From Octopus vulgaris (Eukaryota), in contig OX597814.1 in the NCBI GenBank assembly GCA_951406725.2, forward strand, positions 113,026,001-113,090,000: a DNA stretch of 64,000 nucleotides, in the 5' to 3' direction. This document shows positions 52,542 through 64,000 of the stretch, one piece after another. How positions within the stretch are numbered: the stretch's first letter is position 1; the number at the start of each line of letters is the position of its first letter. Both the position numbers and the translations under genes were made by a program. Under the pieces are notes generated by a model, which was given only the letters and a program-made list of their open reading frames with translations, was not told the origin of the DNA and searched no databases.

Positions 52542-53796
52542 TCAGGCTGAGTAAAAATTGAGCAACGTTTTGAAACATGAGATTCGTCACAATACATCTC
52601 AATAATGCGGAAATTTTATTCATCAGAGTTTCATTACAATCAACACATTTTTGCCTACGAGTTACAAGTTTGTTTATTCTGGTAACATAAAAATCTGGAG
52701 TTCTGGAGTTGATGAACTCTTTGAACGCACTTTCAGCATTGCTTTGATTTTTGAACTCCTTCTCTCGCAGGAAATCATCAAGGTGTTTGAAAAAGTGGTA
52801 GACGGTAGGGAAAAGGTCTGAGGAATAAGCTGGGTCGGGGAGAACTTCCTAGCCAAGTTCCCTCAACTTCTGGAGCCTCATTAGTGAAACGTGTGGTCGA
52901 GCATTGTCACGAAGAATAATTGATCCTCTTCTGTTGACCAGTCTGGGACGGAGGAGTAGCAGTTTTTCATTCACTATGGCAATATGTTTCTGCAATAATG
53001 GGTTTTGTAGGTTTAAAGATGTTATAGTGAATGAATCCAACAATACATCACCAAACAGTCACCATAACCTTCTTTTTGAAGAGCTCAGGTTTAGGGAAGG
53101 TTTTTGGTGCTTCATTTGGGTCCAACCTCTGCAAAGAACGTTTTTTTTTATCATTGTACAGAATCCCTTTTTCATCACAAGTTACAATACGGTCGAGAAA
53201 TGGATCGATCTGGTTACGGAGAAGAAGCGACGAGCAAATTTCATATCTGCGCATTTTCTGATTTGTATTCAAATCGTGTGGTACCCATTTGTCGAGATTT
53301 TTTGATTTTCCGATTGCATGCAAATGCTTGCAGGCAGTTTTCTGGCCAACTTGAAGTTCTTTTGCTAGTTCTCGAGTGATTTTACATGGATCTTTCTCAA
53401 TGGCAGTCTTTAATCGATCATCATCGATGGTAGATAGGCCTCCACTGCGCTCACAATCTTCAAAGCTCAGGTCTCCACTGCGAAATCGTTTAAACCATTT
53501 TTGAGCTGACCACTCACTGGTCATTTCCTCTCCAAGCGCTTCGTTGATATCGCGAGCAGTTTCAGCTGCTTTACGTCCTTTTTTGAAGTTGAATAGCAAA
53601 ATTGCTCGAACATCGCGATTTGACAGTTCTATTTCAGATGATTGTAACAGTGTTAATTGATGCATTTGGGCAAATCTATGTCTGTATTATCAGACAATTG
53701 CAAAGAAAAATGTTTAAAAAAAAAATTCAAAACTGCAAAATATCCGGTACAAATTCTTCATGGTTCAAAAGATTGCTTACTTTTTACTCAGCCTTA
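52542..53796 (-). mobile_element. Near full-length mariner (Tc1/mariner) transposon, transposase disrupted
   Basis: WVPHDL, RIVTCDEK, DNARPH and a frameshifted YSPDL-like region. About 38-bp imperfect TIRs (TCAGGCTGAGTAAAAATTGAGCAA.. / ..TTGCTTACTTTTTACTCAGCCTTA), TA on the left flank, 1255 bp. Confidence 0.93.
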
Positions 53797-53822
53797 CACA
53801 CACACACACACACACATATATG

Positions 53823-53860
<38 letters not shown>

Positions 53861-55519
53861 TGAATTGATCCCGGAGCTTTCTGAAAGGGTGAAAAGTACA
53901 GTTGACCTCGGTGAGATTCGAACTCAGGGCACAGAGAACTCGAACGAATACTGTTCTAATTCTGTCAATATTCCCCTTTCACAGACGCGGGCAAGCACAC
54001 ACACACACACAGGACATGTATGTATATATACATATATATATACATATATATATACTTAATCTCACATACATACTTATATATATGTACGCACGTGTATACA
54101 CATACACACACTCTGGAGCACATTGATGTATAAACGCAGGTGGTATGTCTGTTTATTACGAGTGCTAAATACGTAATGTGTGTATGTATATACAACACAA
54201 ACACACACACTCAAACATAGACACCATATGCGCACTCACAAATGTAAATCGACAATCGCGTGTGTGCGCGAGCGAGTGTGAGTTGGAGCGCGCGTGTATG
54301 TGTGATACATTCATACATATATACGTATTTGTACATGATGTCATTCTAACAGGACGCGCCAAAAATAATATTCCAAGAGGAAATAAGTGTAGTTTTATAA
54401 ATTCTCAGTGTTAAATTGATTAATGACCGTAACATTAGCCATAGATTCTAATTCCGTTAGTTTATTTTAACATTTTTTTTCAAACCGTCTGGTTAGTCTG
54501 TGTCAATTTGGTTAATTTGTTGAATAAAACAGACGCGAGTTGTCTGTCAAGGGCCTTGCTTACATCTGCTGGTGCAAACATACACAAAACAGTCTACTTT
54601 CTTTCCATTTCTAATTACCATTTCCATTCAAACAGGCGAAAATTGCCGAAAGTTGAAGCATCTAACATAAGAAAACCAACATGTCTGACTGTTAGCTTAC
54701 ATCGGCGGGTTTAGCAGCCGACATTAAATACAACTTCGGCAATAATTTGAAACAAAATTCATTTATTTCGTAGCACTTCTCACACCTCGTTTGTCCACTT
54801 TTTTAACCCAGTACATGTTTATTTATTTCCATTTGATTGTTATTGTTGATAGTTTTTGTTGTTGCTATCTACGACTTTATTTTAATGTCCTCTAAGTACT
54901 GTTTAGTTAGTTGATACATTATATTACGTGTTAAACGCCTGTATTATTCACCTGTTAAAACACGTGTAATTCTACATGTTTGCCTTAAAGATAAACTCTT
55001 CTAAAGATGCATCATGTTATATATATATCCAACAACATTAACTGCGCGTAATATGTGATTCTTCACCGTTTTTCTTCAACATATCCATTGTCTTCTGCTT
55101 GGAATAAGTCAGAAACTGTGTATTCTAGACTGAAATTTGTTTATCAAAAGCAATTAGATTTAATTCATTCTTTATTTCTGCGATGGACACCTGCAATAGT
55201 GGTTAATAACAACTTGGAATTATTGTATCATTCTCCGTGTGGATTTTAAAATCTGGTCTTTGCCTCTTCGTTCGTTAGTTTGTTAATAAATCATTATGCT
55301 TGGCATTTGTTTAAAACCTAATTTCTCACGTTACCGAGTAAACATAAAGCAGTCAACGAGAGAAGGAACACAGAATATGCAGAGTTAGGATGTGAACCTA
55401 GTTTCTCACATTCCAAATGTTGGTTATGACGACAAGGGTTTCAGTTGATCCAATTAATGGAACAGCCTGCTCATGAAATAAATGTGCAGGTGGTTAAGAA
55501 CTCCAAAGACATGCATACC

Positions 55520-55752
55520 TATTTCTTTACTACCCACAAGGGGCTAAACACAGAGAGGTCAAACAAGGACAGACAAACGGATTAAGTCGATTATATCGAC
55601 TCCAGTGCGTAACTGGTACTTAATTTATCGACCCCGAAAGGATGAAAGGCAAAGTCGACCTCGGCGGAATTTGAACTCAGAACGTAGCGACAGACGAAAT
55701 ACCGCTAAGCATTTCGCCCGGCGTGCTAACGTTTCTGCCAGCCCACCACCTT
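55520..55752 (-). mobile_element. Family B SINE monomer nested in a family C-related SINE
   Basis: 15-bp TSD AAAGACATGCATACC at 55505-55519 and 55753-55767. Confidence 0.85.
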
Positions 55753-56307
55753 AAAGACATGCATACCCTTAATGTTAGTTGTCGGGGAGATTCAGCATGA
55801 CACAGAATGTGACAAGGTTGACTGGCCCTTTGAAATATACAAAAACTACTTATTTTTGCTAGTTGAGTGGACTGGAACAACGTAAAATAAAGTGCCTTGT
55901 TCAAGGACACAACGTGCTGCCGGGAATGGAACTCCTGACCTTACGATTGATTGTGAAACGAATACGCCGACCGTTAAGCCAAATTAATTTTAACGAGGGA
56001 ACTCGAAGGAGATGAAACAATAAATAATAGCGTGTAGGATGTCGGGATTAAAAAAAGAACCCTTTGATGTGAAAAAAAAAGTCGAAGTCGTCAGCGGCCG
56101 TCAGCTTTTCTTTCCATAATAATCTATCATTTATAGCTTTATCCACTTCAAGTTACACCATTAAAAATATTTCACGTCAAATCTCTCGCAGTTTCTCAAC
56201 ACTTATAATGGAAGCATTATTTCTTTGTTTCCAGTTACACAACAGTTGGAGCAAGCACTTCGTTGCGTAAAAGGAAGCACAAAAGAAAAGATATGTATGT
56301 GTGTGTG

Positions 56308-56401
<94 letters not shown>

Positions 56402-56471
56402 ATGTACTATTTCGTTATTGATGGGACCAATTAAAAGGTACTCTATCAAGTGAGAGATAAATATCATTTGT

Positions 56472-56860
56472 TGGGGTGCAATGACCCAGTGGTTGGGGCA
56501 GTGGACTCGCGGTCATAGGATCGCGGTTTTGATTCCCAGATCGGGTGTTGTGAGTGTTTATTGAGCGAACACACCTAAAGCTCCACGAGGCACCGGCAGT
56601 GGGTGGTGGCGAACCCTGCTGTACTCTTTCACCACAACTTTCTGTCACTCTTTCTCCCTGTTTCTGTTGTACCTGTATTTCAAAAGGCCAACCTTGTCAC
56701 ACTCTGTGTCACGCTGAATATCCCCGAGAACTACATACACGTCTCTGTGGGTACACGTGTCTGTGGAGTGCTCAGCCACTTGCACGTTAATTTCACGAGT
56801 AGGCTGTTCCGTTGATCGGATCAACTGGAACCCTCGTCATCGTAACCAACGTAGTGCCAC
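56472..56860 (+). mobile_element. tRNA-derived SINE family C
   Basis: A-box-like TGACCCAGTGG, B-box-like GGTTTTGATTCC. Reverse copies at 57630-57797 and 55420-55980. Confidence 0.7.
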
Positions 56861-57349
56861 GAAATATCTTTTAACGCAAGCAGAATGTAAATGCGAGATA
56901 CAAGTAGTTTCATGCCATTTCTTCTCATGTCCTCACCTACACACCCACTGACATATGAATCTATACACTTACTTCTTCATCCGTTCCAGATTCCATCCTC
57001 TAAAGTAGTGGTTCTGATCTAAGGTCCATATGATCTTTGGGAGTTCATATAAGATTTTATAGCTAAAGTTCATTGTGCAATGAATTGGTTCTACTGCTGC
57101 AGTGCACAAAATATTTGGATTGTTTTATACAATCCCCAGTAATATTTAATTATACTCTTTTACTCTTTTACTTGTTTCAGTCATTTGACTGTAGCCATGC
57201 TGGAGCACCGCCTTTAGTCGAGCAAATCGACCCCAGGACTTATTCTTTGTAAGCCTAGTGCTTATTCTATCGGTCTCTTACGGGGACGTAAACACACCAG
57301 CATCGGTTGTCAAGCGATGCTGGGGGGACAAACACAGACACACAAGCAT

Positions 57350-59800
<2,451 letters not shown>

Positions 59801-60667
59801 TTGTTGATAAACCGGATTATTTCTTCATATCCCTCATACCTAAACATTTTGTACGGTTGATGAACGTCAGCCGAATACATCGATGAGTTTCGAAAAATTC
59901 AAACACAATTATGAAGCGCTCTACACACTCCTAACATAGGTGTGTGTGTATTGAGTACTTTGTATTTTTGCACGCAAACATAAACGAACAAATAATAACA
60001 TTATATACATATATTATAATATATTATAATATATTATAATATATTTATATGTACATATTTATAGCAGTATATTCTGCAATAAAGGTATTTTCTCCTTGTA
60101 TCCGATCCATTAATTATATAAATTGATGATTTGTAAATTAATTATTTATAAATATTATAATCCGATGAGAATTGCTGGAATTATATTTGAAGGAGTTTTA
60201 AAGAAGACTGAAAGAATTTCCTGTGCCATTTAATAAATCTCCTTGAAGGCCGCTGGACTTACCTATTTGCAGTTTGTTTGTGCAAAGCTTTATGAAAACG
60301 AGGCTAGCGGAAACTTCTGCCTGACAAGTGAGCCATTTTAAATATTCTCTTCTATTTCTGGGTATATTACTGGACTTATATCTCTCGCGTAAGTTACTTT
60401 AAAAGCTTCTTGGATTGATTCTTGTGTATAGTTAGTCATTTTCCAAATTTGTTACAAAGTTTATTTTTGTTTTTGTCGTTCTAGTTGTTGGAAGACATTC
60501 GTAATTATGTAGTGCCTTTAAACTCCCTATAAATTTTTATGGTTTAGTCGATGGACAAATGATATGAATGACAATATGTAGATAATTCATAATGGATTTA
60601 CAAGTACAGAATGGTGCTGGCTGTGAGATTTTGTCACGAAGAAACTTGTCTTTTGAGAAACTTCTCT

Positions 60668-61085
60668 AAAGGCGGCGAGCTGGCAGAAACGTTAGAATGC
60701 CGGGCGAAACGCTTAGTGGTATTTCGTCTGCCGCTATGTTCTGAGTTCAAATTCCGCCGAGGTCGACTTTGCCTTTCATTCCTTCGGGGTCGATTAAATA
60801 AGTACCAGTTACGCACTGGAGTCGATGTAATCGACTTAATCCGTTTGTCTGTCCTTGTTTGTCCTCCCTGTGTTTAGCCACTTGTGGGCAGTAAAGAAAT
60901 AGGTATTTCGTCTGTCTTTGCGTTCAAAGGTCAAATTCCGCCGAGGTCGACTTTGCCTTTTATCCTTTCGGGGTCGATAAATTAAGTACCAGTTACGCAC
61001 TGGGGTCGATGTAATCGACTTAATCCCTTTGTCTGTCCTTGTTTGTCACCTCTATGTTTAGCCCCTTGTGGGCAATAAAGAAATC
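60668..61085 (+). mobile_element. tRNA-derived SINE family B, dimeric body
   Basis: Head GGCGGCGAGCTGGCAGAAACG, B box GAGTTCAAATTCC, ~184-bp body twice. TSD AGAAACTTCTCT at 60656-60667 and 61086-61097. Copies at about 3.30(-), 16.45/16.68(+), 18.77(-), 25.50(-), 38.87(+), 41.38(-), 49.40(+), 55.52(-) kb. Confidence 0.85.
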
Positions 61086-61898
61086 AGAAACTTCTCTTTG
61101 GAGATTTTGTATCAAAAACACAACTCGTCCCGAATGACATCAGCACTCATGAGCCATTCAATCGTCTCGAGACAAGTGAATGGAACGGACAAAGTTATCT
61201 CCAGGTTGACGTCTTGGCCCGAATCCTTACAAAAGACTTGACTCCAGTGTGGGCATCCGAATTCCTGGTGGTGATGTTAAACAGGGTGAGGGATTAATTG
61301 TACCATTAAACAATCAGGGTCAGTCGTTCTGGTAGGTTTCCATCTACCAAATTCCACTGATAAGGCCTTGGTCGATTATGCTCTAGTGTAACTGAATTCG
61401 AACTCACGTTGTTGCGATGCGAACTTCTTAAGCATAAAGCCGTGTGATTTACTAACTATTGGCAAAAAGAGTAGCTGTGTGGAAGTTTGCTCCTCAACCA
61501 CGTGGTTCCGGGTTCAGTTCCACTGCAGTGTCTTAGCGGTTCGGCGAAAAAGACCGATACAATAAGGCTTAAGGAGAAATAAGTACTGGGGGGTGTGGTG
61601 GTGGTGGTGGTGGTGGTGGTGGGGAAATCCGTTCGACTACAAATCCTCCAAGGCGGTGCTCCAACAGGGCCGCAGTCTAATGATTGAAACTAGTAAAAAA
61701 TAAAAGATGAAAGATATAAATCCTAACGCACAGTCCTCGTTTTAAGACGAGAAAATTTCTCTCTTCACACTTTTCTGCGCCATTTAGAAACACAATATAC
61801 TACCATTAACAAACAATATATTTATTTCATGCAACGATATTGAAACCCTGCTCAGAGCATTCAAGTTGGTTTTTCTTCTTTAGGATCACTAACTTTAA

Positions 61899-62121
61899 GT
61901 ATTTTAAATGTATCTCTACAGACTTCCTATAGAATTCAGAGTAAACAATGAAAGTTACGGTGCTTCCTGTACGAATACGTTTATGTAAACAGTGCGATCG
62001 ATGATAGGAAAATAGGCGATGGGTGTTGTTTACATAGGCATATTCGTATACGAAACGTTGTGACTTTCAGTGCTTGCTCTTATTTCTACTGAAAATCTGT
62101 AGAGATACACTTATAAAATGA
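61899..62121. mobile_element. Fold-back / palindromic MITE-like element
   Basis: About 90-bp imperfect inverted arms around a ~35-bp spacer. The right arm recurs at about 63862-63980. Confidence 0.6.
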
Positions 62122-62165
62122 AAACAACGCACTGCTAACACAAAAGTAGGACACAATATAGACTT

Positions 62166-62564
62166 ACTCTTTTACTCTTCTACTTGTTTCAGTCATTTGA
62201 CTGCGGCCATGCCGGAGCACCGCCTTTAGTCGAGCAAATCGACCCCTGGATTTTTTCTTTGAAAGCCTAGTACTTATTCTATCGGTCTCTTTTGCCGAAC
62301 CGCTAAGTTACGGATACGTAAACACACCAGCATCGGTTGTCAAGCGATGTTGGGGGGACAAACACAGACATGCAAACATATATATGTATATACATATATA
62401 CGACGGGCTTCCTTCAGTTTCCGTCTACCAAATCCACTCACAAGGCTTTGGTCGGCCCGAGGCTATAGTAGAAGACACTTGCCCAAGGTGCCACATAGTG
62501 GGAATGTGCCCGGAACCATGTGGTTGGTAAGCAAGCTACTTACCGCACAGCCACTCCTGCGCCT
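62166..62564 (-). mobile_element. Family A SINE, full-length copy
   Basis: Reverse complement of 44491-44890 with a CTCTTTTA-type tail. Confidence 0.82.
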
Positions 62565-62675
62565 ATAAACCTTTAATATGATTTGGTAGTAAATTATGGT
62601 TGTAAAGCGAAATCTGTTGTCCTTACCAGCAATTAAGTACCAGCTGCCAGCAATGTATTCAATATGTAAAATTGA

Positions 62676-63694
62676 GTTCTATATTTAAGAGATGAGGAAT
62701 TATTTACATTATTTACATTTGACGGATATTTCTCCTCATCTTGTTTGTTGATAACACAATGTTTCGGCTGATGTACCCTCCAGCCTTCATCACTGTATTC
62801 CTACCATCCATACAGTGTAAAGAGAGGAATTCCTCAGTGCTTAAAACATCGAGAAAATAATATAAGTAGCGATCGTGATACCCACCACGAAGAAATGATG
62901 AAGCTCAGAAACAATCTATTAAGCAACAACTACCCCAAAAACATACTATCCACTTCAATTATGAAGAAAAGAGAAGCTGAAACCAATAAACCGTCCACAG
63001 TCTGTCTACCCTATGTGAAAGGCATCTTCGAAAAGATACAAAGGATATGCGGCCCATATGACATCAGGACAGTATTCAAGAGTAATACAACACTTTGCAA
63101 ATATCTCCTTCGAGTAAAACCACCAATAGAAGAGAATATGACCAAAGACTGCGTGTACTCCATCCCACGCAGCTGTGGTAGGTTATACAAAGGTGAGACA
63201 TGCCGCCCCTCAAAATAAGGGTAGAGGAGCATCACATAGCTGTGACATGAGGAGGTATTGATAAATCGTATATACGCGTTGCTGATCATGTATGGAAAAA
63301 ATGGAGACCACCTCCCTCTGAGGGATGAATAGACAGAGAACACCACTGGAAAATACGAAAGCTAAAAGAAGCAGCACATATCTCAGGACACAACAATCTC
63401 CTAAGTAGACCGAGTGCAGATATGAACAGCATATGGGAACTGGTATTAAGGAAGGATAGGAAAATATTAGATTTATAAGCCCTTAAATTCACTTCATAAT
63501 TGCCCACGGGGATATGGCGTAGTGGTTAAGAGCGTAGGCTACTAACTCCAAGATTCCGAGTTTGATTCCAGGCAGTGATCTGAATAATCATAACATCGAA
63601 AAGTACCTTAGGAATGGTATTTCCCCAAGACACCGAAACGTTGTGTTAATAATAAACAAGATGAAGACAAATATCCGTCAAATGTAAATAATGC
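62676..63694 (+). mobile_element. Penelope-like element: inverted terminal arm, degenerate linker + GIY-YIG endonuclease ORF, terminal repeat
   Basis: HPYSVKRGI..., LLSNNYP, CLPYVKGIFEKIQRI, CVYSIPRSCGRLYKGETCRP, RVEEH, ADHVW. Inverted arm 62676-62791. TSD ATGTAAAATTGA at 62664-62675 and 63695-63706. Confidence 0.92.
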
Positions 63695-64000
63695 ATGTAA
63701 AATTGATCGATCCAATTTTGTTACACCTCTAAACTTAGTTGCTATTTAAGCAATGTGTTCGTGGATGGTTAATGGGTTGAATGTGATACTGAGGAAGGAA
63801 CGATAACTCCTGAAATGTGCATGTACACCAATCACCCGTTTTTCTATTTTTTCGATTGTATTGTTTGCATAGACGTATTCGTATACGAAACGTCGCGACT
63901 TTCAGCGCTGACTCTAAATTCTATAGAAAATTTATAGAGATACACTTAAAAAAATGAACACAACGCACTTCTAACACCTAGAAGGATACAGTGTTGCTTT

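Noticed and set aside
63508-63582. Possible tRNA gene (anticodon-like ACT)
   Set aside because: Acceptor and T stems do not pair and it is always embedded in the Penelope repeat. It is tRNA-derived, not a functional tRNA; the parent tRNA was not assignable.

Overview
AT-rich, repeat-dense animal genomic DNA. The SINE/LINE families and microsatellite load suggest an octopus (coleoid cephalopod); this is inference. The one host gene is CHAF1B (chromatin assembly factor 1 subunit B, p60) on the + strand. I traced it by hand as 12 GT-AG coding exons from ATG 7592 to TAA 43210 (1908 nt, 635 aa, all splice phases consistent). It includes a 27-nt microexon and a 52-nt exon that the ORF track misses, and a probable E2F-controlled promoter and non-coding first exon near 3.8 kb. 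The rest is transposon-derived: RTE LINE fragments with about 25 truncated 3' ends, three tRNA-derived SINE families, a near full-length mariner, non-autonomous Helitrons, piggyBac-like MITEs, and mini- and microsatellites. The most unusual signal is a Penelope-like element (GIY-YIG) family. Its ~270-nt terminal repeat fuses a tRNA-derived A/B-box (Pol III) head to a minimal type I hammerhead ribozyme and has no internal T4 terminator. The repeat also moves without the ORF, as inverted or tandem units, and four insertions carry ~12-bp target-site duplications. Two unrelated hammerhead motifs also occur, at 11.16 kb and 34.1 kb.
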